From positions 10,974,001 to 11,038,000 of the forward strand of contig NW_024704751.1 of the NCBI RefSeq assembly GCF_018977255.1: a stretch of DNA of 64,000 nucleotides, in the 5' to 3' direction. This stretch comes from Callorhinchus milii (taxonomy: Eukaryota). The position numbers and the translations under genes were made by a program. Position 1 is the stretch's first letter. The number at the start of each line of letters is the position of its first letter. Below, piece by piece: positions 1-12,456 of the stretch. The notes beneath the pieces are model-generated. The model had not been told where the DNA came from, ran no database searches, and was given only the letters and a program-made list of their open reading frames with translations.

Positions 1-1117
1 GGAAGTGGTTTACAGTCTGCAGGTAGGACCACACCAAGTCTGGGCTGAAGGACTTCCTCCAATGTTGCCATTTCCATGCATTTGCCATATCCACTGAGGA
101 AGAATCTCATTGTCGCTAACACCCACTCGCACCCCGTCCCCCCCACACAAACACATACCTCCGCACACCCTCACCCCCACACGTCTCCACCCCAACCCCC
201 CCACCAAATAACTGATGCAAGCACATGTAGCAGCACAAAGTGAGCAATGAGGATGGACAAAATAAATAGAAATGCTGTTTAAAATTAAGAGCAAAGGGAA
301 GATTAACTGCCACCGAGAAGCAAACGGAACATTGTACAATTGTGTCCTAGTGACTTGCTGTAACTGCTGCTCTGGCCCAGCCCACACCATATTATAACAA
401 CATCCCACATGGCACTGGGGCATCAGTCGTTCCTCGCATTTTGATTAAGATTGTAAATGTGCTCCCACCTGGTGGTGGGAACCCGATTCGGCACCAATTC
501 AAAATGTATCGCTTCAATTTAGTGTTCAAGATCCCTTGTCGCAGAATTTTTTTTAAAACACATAAATTAAGACATTACAATAACTAACTGATTTTGTTTT
601 TAACTATGGTTTAGCTGCAAGTCTGCATTGACCAGAGCAGCAGTATATCCCGTGAAGCGCTTCGAGACGCGATAAGGTGCTATATCAATTACAAGGATTT
701 ATTACTATTATTAGCTTTCTGTTGAGAGACAGAAACATATTCACGATTTTTGCATATTCCATCCCAACCAATATATAATTATGACCACAGCTCAAAACAA
801 CAGCTTTCTTGCCAATTTCAACTAATAAATTCACAACAACAATTGGTTGAATCTGTTTCAAGATTGAAGGTAACTACAGCCGACTTTCCAATCCCTGTCA
901 ATTTCTGATGCAATGTAAACAATGTAAACATTCTGCTTGGAGTCAAGTTGTACAGTTGTAAAGAGCCAGTCCCAAAGTTATTGAATATTTATTTTGTTCC
1001 AGTCTGGAACTGTATCCAGCTGAGCATTTCTTTCCTTCTCTGCATTTAGTTCCTTCCTCACCTCATGAGGTGATCGAACACAAATGACGAAATTGCAAAC
1101 TGGGCAGCTGGGTTCTT

Positions 1118-3945
1118 TCACCGCCGGGCTTCCGCAGTGAGGCTGCTGGCGACACACAGAGTGACACCCAGTGTAGTCAGCACCATTCCTGCAACCGCCT
1201 CTGGCAAGAGACATGAAAGCAGATTAAAAATCAAGAAAATATTTTTTTATTTGCCAATGTCAGTAACGTGATCGCAACAGTCTGTCAGTGCAGCATTCTA
1301 TATTAACTATTTTCTTTTACCGATGTAAAAACTAATGTTGTTGTTTTGTGAAATAACACATTGCGACCATGACTTAATGAATGAAGAGCAAACTCTAGCT
1401 TAAGTTTAAAAAAAACACAAATCATTGTAAAAATACTATACTTACGTTTGCCACCAATATCTTCCCCAAGTAGCTTCCCCGTCAGCAACGTGCAGAGAAA
1501 AGTTAGAGAGTTGGACAAGAGCACAGCCAGGGACAGATCTGCCAAAGGGACATTTTACTCAGTCTTTCTCAGAAAAACTGCTTTTTTTTTCTTAAAACCT
1601 TATATTTTCAGTTTGACTATTTATTCAGTAGGAATTAAATGAATAATATATACTGCAAATTGAAGTTATGTGATGTGTTAAAGCACTTCAACAATGTTAC
1701 CAAGAATTCTGAAATATTTTAAAGAAAGTCAAAGAATGGTAACGTGGTATTGTAAACTGAACAATAAAAAAACATAATTTAAACTTTTCCCTGTAAATTA
1801 ACTCAATTTTAGTAAATCTGTACGAACTGAAACAAAAGTGCTTAAATCCACAACTAATCCACTGGCATCTAACCTTCTGATTAAGAAAAAAACACATGTT
1901 GGACCAGGTAAACTTGCAGTGAGAAATAAAACCTTAAAAATGTTTCAGCACCTGAAAAGATTTGATTGTCAACAACATGAGAAATGTAATGTTAAAAGAA
2001 CATTCCAGGACAGCTATTCCCCCCTGAATGCTGGGTCTGTGGAATAGACTCTCCAATGAAATAATTACTTGTGGGTAATCTGTTACCTGTTTAATTACTA
2101 TCAGGTTGGGCTAGGTGTGCTAGATCTGTGAGTTTAGAGATCCAAATGGTAAAGTGATGATGCACACATTGAGAAGTGATTGGGTTTGATGAGCCAAACA
2201 ACCAATTCCTGCCCCAGGTTTTTGTGTATTAGGTTCTGGAACTTTTCACTGGTGGAGCTGTAACAAGTGAGGGTGTGGCAAAAGGAGGGGGAATTGGGAA
2301 TTAACAAATCTGCCAACATCTAATAAACTTGTGCAACAGGCAAGATGCAATGTTTTCTTATGTTTTTAAAGTCTAGAAACTTGGGCCCTGAAGCAAAGTG
2401 TGGAGAAAAGGATAGTGACTTTGATTGATAAGTTATTGGGACTGCAAAGTGCTTGTTGTAAATAGTAAGCAGACAGATCCTGACCTGTAGAAGCCAAGGT
2501 GAAGTAATAAACAACTGATCCACTTTGGTTCAGGAGAAAAGGCATCAAATACTGAAAGACAAGAATACAAAAATATTTATCAAGCATAGATTTTACTCCA
2601 GCATAGGATGAGAGTGCTGGAGTAACATTCAGCACCTGCGTCTGGGATTTCCATGAGTAGATGGGATACATGGAATTCTCAGCTTGGTTTGGATGCTCTT
2701 AAGCAGTTGCATGTGTTCAACAACCATTTGACCAAAAGAACAGAATATGAGTGGGGCTCCATTTTGTGGCCAAACTGAGAACTGACAACGCTGATTTAAC
2801 TAAAACATAAGATGGAATCCCAAATAGTATTACTTTAATAAATATAAGCCAACTTTTTTTTGAAAAAAAATTAGAATGTAAGTGGTTCCGGAACTTTGGG
2901 ACGTCCTCCCGAAGGGAAAGGCGCTATACCAATGTAATTTTGTTGTTGTTGCTCCGCAGTCCCATTATGGTTTGCGGTATTTAATCAAGTTAAGAGTACA
3001 GAGTATTCATTCGGTGTGTTTTCAACGCGCGCTTCTTACCTTGTAATTAAGAAATAAAAATTTCATCTCGGCCAAGACCTGAGTGACCATATTCCCAGTC
3101 TTAACCTTCTCTATCCCCTCTGTGCCTTTCTTCAAAAAGGGGTTTGTTCCACCCCAAAGCAGCGCCACCAGCAGAAGGCAGCAAACCTCCACTGAAATAA
3201 CAGGAATTAACCGCATCAACAAACTGCCGGACACGGGCCGCGAGAGGCAGAAAAACATCCCCAATCCCACAGATCATCAGCAATAAAATCCCTGAAACTA
3301 TTCGCCAACGTCGTGCTGGACGTGGGGGGGGGGGGGACTGGTTGCCAACATAAACTGGTCATTAAAAAGGATTGTTGTTATTTGTCCTGTAAACATCACC
3401 AAACTGACGGGAATCAACGGGAAATCGGGGGCAGCTCTCAATAAGTAGTGAGATTGATGGGCTGATACGGTGAGAGTCAGAGAGAAAGAATACACTGCCC
3501 CCCCCCCCCGTGATCATCACAGCCACAGTCTGACAGAGGGGGGGCTGTGAGGCCCGGGGGGGGGCTGTGAGGCCCGGGGGGGGGGGGGGCTGTGAGGCCC
3601 GGGGGGAGGGGCTGTGAGGCCCGGGGGGGGGGCTGTGAGGCCCGGGGGGGGGCTGTGAGGCCCGGGGGGGGGGGGGCTGTGAGGCCCGGGGGGGGGGCTG
3701 TGAGGCCCGGGGGGGGGGGGCTGTGAGGCCCGGGGGGGAGGGGGGCTGTGAGGCCCGGGGGGGGGGGCTGTGAGGCCCCGGGGGGGGGGGGGCTGTGAGG
3801 CCGGGGGGGCGGGGGGGGGGGGGGGGGGGCGTGAGGCCCGGGGGGGGGGGGGCTGTGAGGGCCGGGGGGGGGGGCTCGGCGCCGGGTCCCCAAATGTCAG
3901 GATTATTATAATATAATATAATATGAACCCACCGGCCGTCACCAT
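1118..3945 (-). CDS. TMEM234: Transmembrane protein 234, 5 coding exons, 135 aa
   Basis: Exons (minus strand): 3945-3933, 3191-3040, 2551-2485, 1538-1446, 1200-1118. All introns are GT-AG with compatible phases; 408 nt total. Translation [27 protein letters not shown]...[28 protein letters not shown]...[16 protein letters not shown]...RR* matches TMEM234. Candidate polyA signal AATAAA (minus) at 988-993. Confidence 0.95.
3537..3875. repeat. G-rich minisatellite in TMEM234 intron 1, unit about (G)n-CTGTGAGGCCC
   Basis: About 15 tandem copies of ctgtgaggccc separated by variable G runs. It produces the spurious Pro-rich ORFs within 3362-4129. Confidence 0.95.
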
Positions 3946-4062
3946 GGCAACCGCTCCCCCCTCCGAGGCTGGAGGGGTTTACTTCCGGGGCGACCAGGGG
4001 TTGAACCTCTCTTCCGGTCGTTCGGCTCCGCACGCGCTGCTCCCGCCACCGGCCCCGGCACC
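3946..4062. promoter_or_regulatory. Compact CpG-rich bidirectional promoter/5'UTR region shared by TMEM234 and EIF3I
   Basis: The divergent ATGs at 3945 (-) and 4063 (+) are only 117 bp apart. The region is CpG-rich and carries ETS/GABP-type motifs ACTTCCGG (3981-3988) and CTTCCGG (4011-4017). Confidence 0.85.
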
Positions 4063-7000
4063 ATGGTGAGGGGGGGGGAGAGTGGGTGGGGGGGAGTGAG
4101 GAGGGGAGTGGGAGAGTGGGGGGAGACATCGCCCGCCAGCGCCTCAGGAACAGCTGCTGTCACACCGCCGCCGCCATTAGCGATTCCCACCCCGTCCTGA
4201 CGCCAGGCCTCGGCCTCCCTCCCTCACTGCCAGGCCGGCCCGGCCCGGCCCCCCCGGGAGAGAGGGAGAGGGGGGATGAAGGGACCGAAGCGCCGCCTTT
4301 TTTTCCCCGGGAAGATTTTGCTGTTTAAAGCGGAGGCGAGCAGTGCCCGAGGGCTACTGACACCCCCCTGTACCCCCCTCTCCACTCCCCCTGTACCCCC
4401 CTCTCCACTCCCCCCCCCTCTCCACTCCCCCTGTACCCCCTCTCCACTCCCCTGTACCCCCCTCTCCACTCCCCCTGTACCCCCCTCTCCACTCCCCTGT
4501 ACCCCCCTCTCCACTCCCCCTGTACCCCCTCTCCACTCCCCCTGTACCCCCCCTCTCCACTCCCCTGTACCCCTCTCCACTCCCCCTGTACCCCCCTCTC
4601 CACTCCCCCTGTACCCCCTCTCCACTCCCCCTGTACCCCCTCCACTCCCCCTGTATCCCCCTCTCCACTACCCCTGTACCCCCTCTCCACTCCCCTGTAC
4701 CCCCCTCTCCACTCCTCCCCTGTACCCCCCTCTCCACTCCCCCTGTACCCCCCTCTCCACTCCCCTGTACCCCCCTCTCCACTCCCCCTGTACCCCCCTC
4801 TCCACTCCTCCCCCTGTACCCCCCTCTCCACTCCCCCTGTACCCCCTCTCCACTCCCCTGTACCCCCCTCTCCACTCCCCTGTACCCCCCTCTCCACTTC
4901 CCCTGTACCTCCCTCTCCATTTGCCCTGTACCCCCCTCTCCACTCCCCCTGTACCCCCCTCTCCACTCCCCCTGTACCCCCCTCTCCACTCCCCCTGTAC
5001 CCCTCCTATCCCCTCAGCACTCCCCCCGCAGGCCCACAGGCACAGTAGGATGCTATTCACCCCATTGACTATTTGCGGTTGTACTTGCCGGGGCTGATCT
5101 CTGACACCGGCTCAGCTCTTTACAGTAATTTTGCTTATTTCGTCAGTAATTCTTGCGATGTCTGACGTTCTGTTCCCCAAAGCTGTGACGGTTTGAAGTT
5201 AAAATGTAATTTGCTGAACAGTTTTATTACAATCTATTTAAGGACATCACATTGAATGGTGATACTTGTATTGCTGTACACCGTCCAGCACCTTGGGATG
5301 TCCTCCCGACGTGAAAGGCTCTATACAAATGTAATGTTGTTTGTTTTCCGGCAAATGTACCTTTTTAATATGTTGCATCCTTTTTTTTCCCTCCTCTGTC
5401 AGAAACCCATCTTGTTGCAAGGTCATGAAAGATCAATCACGCAGATTAAGTACAACAGAGAAGGTGATCTGTTGTTCTCCTGTGCTAAGGATACTGTAAG
5501 TATATTTAAAATGTGTTTGGCATTTTTCAATCATGAATATAATTTTGCTTTTTACAGAATTCCCCTTTAAGATGGTGGGGTACAGTTCTGGCATCACACT
5601 TGAACCTGGTTCTGTTTGGGGTGGGGGGAGATGAAGCTATTTGTACGTCCTCTAGGTCCACTAGTTCATTATATCTTGGCAGAGTGTTTGGGGTTTGTTC
5701 TTTCAGTCAAGTTGACCTCATTTCTGGACAAAGTTGTTGCATTACCTGTGGCTGGTGAAACTGACTGTATGTTTGTGATAGTTGTTTGTGATAGTGTTCA
5801 GCGCTTTGGGACGTCCTTCCAACGTGAAAGGCGCTCTATAAATGTAATTTTGTTGTTTGTTGTTGTTAACCTCACTATCATGCATTCATTCTGTGGTCTC
5901 TGTTTTGGACAGATCGTCAATGGCTGGTACTCTCTGAATGGCGAAAGACTTGGCACCTACAATGGACACACTGGAGCAGTGTGGTGTGTGGATGTGGATT
6001 GTATCCTTAATATGAAAGAAACTGAACTTGTTCCATTAAATACCATACAAGGAAATACAGGACCAGAAAAGCTACAACAGACTGATTTTTGCAACAAATT
6101 TGAGGAACTTGACATTTTTTAGAAGTTTTATAAGACTGTATATTGAGGAGTTGACTTTAGAGTTAGATTTGATGCACTTGTTAATGGAGAAATGAGTTAA
6201 TGGAACAAAACTACCCCCATTAGTTTTCCACTGCATGGCCTGCTCCTTTTGATAGTGTGTTTTAAATTTACAAGCTTTTGGTCCAAACTGTATCCACTTC
6301 CTTAACCTACTGATCAGGGGACACAAAGCAAGTGCTTTCTGGTTCTGCAGATAACTCATGTAGGCTTTGGGACTGTGAAACAGGTGAGAGACTTTAATAC
6401 TGCTTTTGTAGTTATATTTGTTCTATCTCGATAGATATAAGGTATAAAATCCAATGTATTCTCTAGGTTATTTCTATATACAGATATTAAAGTAAATGAG
6501 TCATAGTGCTGTGAACCTTATGTTAAAAGTGTGGTATATTTTGGGTTCTTATTTTTTCTAAAAAAAATGTACATTTAAATTAATGTTTTGCCTTTCTGTA
6601 GTACAAAGTAATGTGAGATAAAGTGGAAAATTTGTGCTGAGCAGAATCTTTTAGTCCAAGTACATTTGTGTGGATTATTAATCAGCATTTTGATGGTTTC
6701 AATATTTGTAGTGTTATATGCTGTTATTTATTTGCACATTCATCTGATTTTTCTTATATTAGGGAAACAGCTCGCTCTGTTTGAAACAAGCTCTGCAGTC
6801 AGAACATGCGGATTTGATTTCAGTGGCAACATTGTCATGTTCACAACGGACAAACAGATGGGATACCATTGTTACATAAGTTTCTTTGACATCCGGGACC
6901 CTGCTCAGATAAGTAAGGATAAATGGTCATAAGTAAAATAATAGCAAGCCTTGTATTTGACGAGCTCCTTATTGTGTTGTCAAAACGTCTCAAAAGGCTT

Positions 7001-10000
7001 CACAGGATTTATTGTAGGGTGTAGTGACTGTGTTTTGTTGGCAAAGTGTACTGTTGAGTGTCATTCTGGATTGGAATGAGATTTCGGTCTTTAGGATCAG
7101 ATCAGTTACAGGTTGCTGCAGTTAAATATTTCATGAGAAATTTGTCTTGATCAGTGCAAAATGGAGCCTGATTTAAATTCAACTTGAGTAGCAATTCAGT
7201 GTTCTGAATTTTGTAACTTGAGTGTTGAAGTCAGTATATAGAGATGATATTCAGTAACGGCCATTGCAACGAGAGTAAAATTGTCACAGGAACTCTGGCA
7301 CATCTCATTAAGGCCTATGTTTTTTAGCCACCTCCTTTTTGTGCCTTCTTTCAAAATTGTTTTCCATTTCTAAGTTAGAAATTACAACAACAACAAGATT
7401 GCATTTATAGAGCGCCTTTCATGTCGGGAGGACGTACCAAGGCGCTGGGCAGTTGGGTCGGGACCCAAGCGGGGGGGAAATGGTCAGGGTGAGGGGAGGG
7501 AAGGGAGGGAGCGAGGAGTGGGTAGAGTGTCGAGAGGGGAGGTTAGTGTACAATTCACCAAATACGTGCTGATGGCTGGAAAGGAACCGTTCAATCAAGG
7601 AGCTAAATAGTTCTAAGTGAGCGGACAGTCTAGTCATTGGACTGGCTTTATGGTAAATTCTTCTAGAGGTTAGAAAATTGAATTAGACATGCGTTGTCTC
7701 CACGAGATGGCACTGTGTATATGGCGAGGAAACCAGACTATAGAGAGTTACAGGCCCGTTGTGCAGAAAATAATATCCTACTGCTCATTGTTTAAAGAAT
7801 AGGGATAATTAACAGTGTTTGACAATTGTTTGTAAGAGTCCTTTTGGTATGTTTTCTCTTGTATATAGAATACGACCACGTTTTGTTTTGATGTTTATGT
7901 TGCTGCCTCATTTCTAATCGGGCAGTTTGAAGCAAGATGCTCCCACTTATTTAGGCTAAAGACACCAGGCGCACTGTGCGTTTGTTTTTGATTCTTCCCC
8001 AGTTAGACCCACAGCCGGGTTTACGAGAGAGACGCAAACTCTCTCCATTACTTGACCTTTAATTCATGACGGGTTGTCTCCAGCAGCTTGCATTTCATGA
8101 AGGATAGCATTTCGGAATGCTGAGCTGTACAATTTGCTTTTTTTAAAAAAATCAATCCATCTTTTTCCTTAGGTGATAATGAGCCGTACATGAAGGTTCC
8201 ATGCAGTGAGTCGAAGATAACCAGTGCCGTTTGGGGTCCTCTGGGAGAGTACGTCATTGCTGGGCATGAGAATGGCGAATTAATCCAGTACAGTGCCAAG
8301 GTAAGCGCTGATTGCAGCAAAGTTGACTTCCACTGAGCATATCCAGCCCGAGTATTGCATATTGCTTGATGCACATTACAACAATAACTTGCACTTATAT
8401 ATAGTGCCCTCCACACAGAGTAGCGTCTCAGAGCACATTGATGATGATTGGTGCATTTTATGGCTAGACAACAACCAACAACAACAAAATTACATTTATA
8501 GAGCGCCTTTCACGTTGGGAGGACATCCCAACATGGAGAAGCAATTTATATAAGGGTTAGAAATATTGAGCTTATTCAGAATACAATTTGATGCCATGAT
8601 GATAATCCTTGCAGTTATATAAACGTTTTTCACATTGGAAAGATGTCTCAAAATTCTCAGTGATTTACAGCGATCACTGCAATAACCAATTTTGGACATC
8701 AATTCCAACTGTATTGGAGCATTAATAGAAAAATTGAATTACGAGTCATAGCAATGGGCTTTAACCCACACCACATCTGCCTCTGAGGCAAACTGAGCCA
8801 AACTGACACCTAAATGATGTAAGAGTTAATTAAATGCTTTATAATAAAATGAAAATAAGTTTCTTTCTGTTGTAATTACTTCAGTTTCTCTTCCTGATGA
8901 TGTTTATCTCCCGACAGTCTGGGGAAGTGTTAGTGAAAGCTAAAGAGCACACCAAGCAAATTAATGACATCCAGACATCCCTGGATCTGACCATGTTCAT
9001 CACTGCCTCAAAGGACAACACTGCGAAGGTGAGGAACACTTGTGCTCAGAAACCCACATGAACCCACCATCTTCTGACTCAGAGGCAATAGTGCTACCAA
9101 CTGAGCCAAGTTGGCACCTATATTATGAATACAATTTGGGAGCTATTTAAAAATAAGTTAATTTAATCCATCTGATTGAATTCCATAATAATAATGATGG
9201 ATAATAAGTCCAGGTCAGATATGGACTCTAGTCAAGTTTACATTAGTCATTTCCAGCTATTCAGCGTCTCTTTTGGAGGTCATTTGTGGAATCAATTTCA
9301 TGTTAATATCATTCATAGTTAAATAATGTATGTCCCAATGTGCAAATTGGCTGAGCTGTTAATCAGCTGGTGAATGCAATTGTGTTATCTTGAGTTCACG
9401 GTTGCCTGACAGAGTGTCTGTCATTGTAGAGCTGTATAATTAATCAGAACGAGTACCTGAACTGGTCCGGCTCACAATGTCTGCTACCGACTACAAGCTT
9501 CTCTTGTGTGGGGAAAAACTTTTACATCCATTTAATATTTTGAGAATGCCTGATCCGAAATGGATGAAACATTCGACTTTTTTGATACAGAGGACATTCT
9601 GGATGAACTCAGTAGCATTTTCCATTTTTTAAAAAAAATCTTTCTATTGTCCAATTTTGTGAACTCCATTTTGCCCTTTGGAAGTTTTTAAATGTAAGGA
9701 TCTTGGTATAAACTAGACAACAAGTTGAAATGCCATGATCCACGCTCACGTAATCTGCCTGTGTAACGCATTCACTTAATTTCTAATCAATTATCTTTTC
9801 TAAAGCTCTTTGAGGTATTTGTTTTTTTAGATTAAATACATTCTGTACATTCAAGTTACTGTATTAGCAGTTTGTGGTGAGTAGCTGGTCTGTACTGAAT
9901 GCACTGTACGTTGATGTAGTAAGTTCTGAAATCCAAGCTCTTATTTGTAGAAGATTCGGTTACATTTCAGAATTTCTGTTAATCTCCTGATTTCTTCCTG

Positions 10001-12456
10001 ATCTCAATCTATTACAGTTATTTGATTCTGCAACTTTAGAACATTTGAAGTCATTCAAAACTGAACGTCCTGTGAATTCTGCTGCCATCTCACCTATTCT
10101 GGAGCATGTAAGTGGCACAAAACTGAGTGGACAAAATAAGCCATTGATTTTTTTTTATTGTGAAGATGTACTTTGCAATGAAGAAAAGCAAATGAAAACT
10201 TTGCTTAAACATCCTGCAATTGTTATGCACACTGTTTTTCTTTATGCAGTGCTTTAATCTGTCTTGAGAATTCACTGGAGATATTGCTGTTTAAATCGAA
10301 TGAAAGAATATTGCTAATTGTTAAAGTTAGAAATGTTCTTATTCCGAAAGAAAGATTAGGAATTATTTTGAAATGATCCAGAAATTAATTGAAATCTCTA
10401 TAATGTTTGGTGGTTCCTGTACAAACAAAACATTTTTAAATCTAAGATCTTCTGTTGTGTAATAAAACATTCTCTACTGCTGTATAGGACAGGGCAACTG
10501 AGGCAGGATTAATATTCTCTTCATTTATTGCAATGCAAAGCACCACCTTTGACTTTTATCTTCTGTCTCTATGTTCCCTCCCTAATAATGGTGTAGATGG
10601 TAGAGAGCTGATAATGCTATCATTACCCATGAAGATGCAGCAGCTCCTCATATATCACCCTTTGTGGACACTCGCTTTAATAGAAAGTCATTTTCAATTA
10701 AATGAGTTTTGCCTCACTGCCTAGGAGATGGGGGTTATTGGTGTATGTTATCTGCTTCCCCATTGCTGAGGCCTGCTCTGAAATTGACAGAACTGCTTCC
10801 TCCTTTAACCCTTAGAGGGATGATCTCTCCTTCCACAGTCTGCAAGATTTGCCTTCTAGTCCGATTAAAGCCTAGTCCCTGATGTGACCAAACTGCTAGT
10901 CAGCCTCGATTTAGTGACCTGAAGCAGCTACTTCTAGCTATTTTAAAACTGCTGTTGCAGTGGGTACATTTCAGCACATTTTATTCAGTCAGGGTTACAG
11001 TGTGGGTATATTTCTGTGATCTCCACACCCCATTTACAGCAGCTCAGCTCATTCATCCTGAGTGCACGTCATCTGTGGCTCAAATCATCTGGAACCAGAT
11101 GTTCAGGGACAGTTTCCAAAGTGCCATTGCTAATGAAAAATGGCACTCTCTATGTTTAATTGACTGTCCAATAATGACCTGCCTGCCGATTAAAGCTAGT
11201 ATGGGTTCTCACTGAAAGCATGCGGTCGGGGACGTCAGTGAGAATTCTATTCAACTCTTATGTTTGAATGGAACTCGGATTGCAATATAGACGTTCCTTT
11301 CATCCTTCCCGACTGCTGTTCCCCCCCGCCCAACCCTCTATGAAGACCTCTATGAACATTGTAGTAAAATAGAATGGTAACTATACAGCGTGATCTTGCC
11401 TGAGATCTGACTGCGAGGCGGTTGCTTCCTGACAGATCTTTAAATCTTTTGACCAGGAAGCAGCACCATGGATTTTGCTGCATTTAGCTTCATGCAGGGC
11501 TTCAGTTGCATTATAAAACCAAGATTATTTCTAGTTCAGCCTGTCCAATTTGACAACCTTTCCTTTAAATATGACTGCTTGGTGCCTCAACTCTGTCCAA
11601 CCTTCATTCTCTTTCAATTAACTGACTAGGTGTAATCAGGAACACTCTGTAACTCTAGCAAGGGAGATCATACTGTTTATTTTAAATGCAGCCATATCCT
11701 CGCTTTGTGTACCATTAAGATTGTCTCTGAACTTGGGTTTTGTCTTGTGATAGGTTGTCCTTGGTGGTGGGCAGGAAGCTATGGATGTGACAACCACCTC
11801 AACCAGAATTGGAAAATTTGAGGCCAGGTAAGAGCTGAAAGATGGTGTGGAATTAATTCAACTTGGGCTTTGTTTGCAGTATCTACGCGCTTTGTGATTA
11901 AAGTTCAAAATCATGACAGTTAATTTGAGTCATGAGGAATGCAGTTAATGTGCAGCATTTGGAAAGTTGAAATACAGACCTTTTGAAGCAGCTCAAGAAG
12001 CGCCTTAAAGTTATGACCTCACGAGGAACGATATCAGTTACAGGTTATTTTTTATAAAGCCTTATGTTTCAATCTGTTCATTTTTCCTTTTCTAGGTTTT
12101 TCCATTTGTCATTTGAAGAAGAGTTTGGTCGAGTGAAGGGTCACTTTGGACCGATCAACAGTGTAGCTTTCCACCCAGACGGCAAAAGGTATGTTGGTAA
12201 ACGTCCATACTCTTTCACAATTAAAACAAAATAAATGAACTTGCCCGGAAACACTTTTGTTCTGTTACTTTAAAATGTAAGCTAACTTTCAGAGGCAGGC
12301 ACAGACTGAAATCTTTGTTGCAGTAATATTGATATTTATAAGGTTAAACTTCTTTTTCTTTCCTTACTTTACAGTTACAGTAGCGGAGGTGAAGATGGTT
12401 ACGTGCGAATACATAATTTCGATCCACCGTACTTTGAATTTGAGTTTGAGTTTTAA
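4063..12456 (+). CDS. EIF3I: Eukaryotic translation initiation factor 3 subunit I (WD40 repeats), 11 coding exons, 325 aa
   Basis: Exons: 4063-4065 (ATG only), 5403-5495, 5913-6000, 6318-6383, 6763-6912, 8173-8300, 8918-9028, 10018-10107, 11754-11827, 12096-12188, 12375-12456; 978 nt total. Translation [31 protein letters not shown]...[43 protein letters not shown] matches EIF3I. AATAAA at 12830-12835. Confidence 0.98.
4362..5003. repeat. C-rich minisatellite in EIF3I intron 1, unit about CCCCTGTACCCCCCTCTCCACT (21-24 bp)
   Basis: Roughly 29 tandem copies are visible directly. It produces the spurious repetitive ORFs within 4224-5097. Confidence 0.95.
6001..6317 (+). other. U12-type (minor spliceosome) GT-AG intron, EIF3I intron 3
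   Basis: 5' splice site GTATCCTT at 6001-6008. Branch point TTCCTTAAC at 6298-6306, about 10 nt before the AG at 6316-6317, with no polypyrimidine tract. The reading frame joins correctly (VD-W-DTK). Confidence 0.93.
7384..7545 (-). mobile_element. L2-clade LINE 3' end fragment
   Basis: Reverse-complement (TTG)n tail plus the core ...gcgcctttcatgtcgggaggacgt..., shared with the longer L2 copies at about 18.9 kb and 59.6 kb. Confidence 0.7.

Noticed and set aside
1-480. 137-aa minus-strand ORF, or the 3' end of the neighbouring gene (DCDC2B expected from human synteny)
   Set aside because: No recognisable protein motif or exon boundaries, so no call can be supported.
4362-5003. Regular repeat array superficially resembling a CRISPR
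   Set aside because: It is a head-to-tail minisatellite with no unique spacers, in a vertebrate intron, with no cas genes.
3362-5097. Long Pro-rich and Gly-rich ORFs (up to 273 aa) on both strands
   Set aside because: They are translations of the two intronic minisatellites, open in several frames with no protein-like complexity.
9340-9530. Possible intronic snoRNA in EIF3I intron 7
   Set aside because: No convincing C/D or H/ACA box arrangement with terminal stems was seen.
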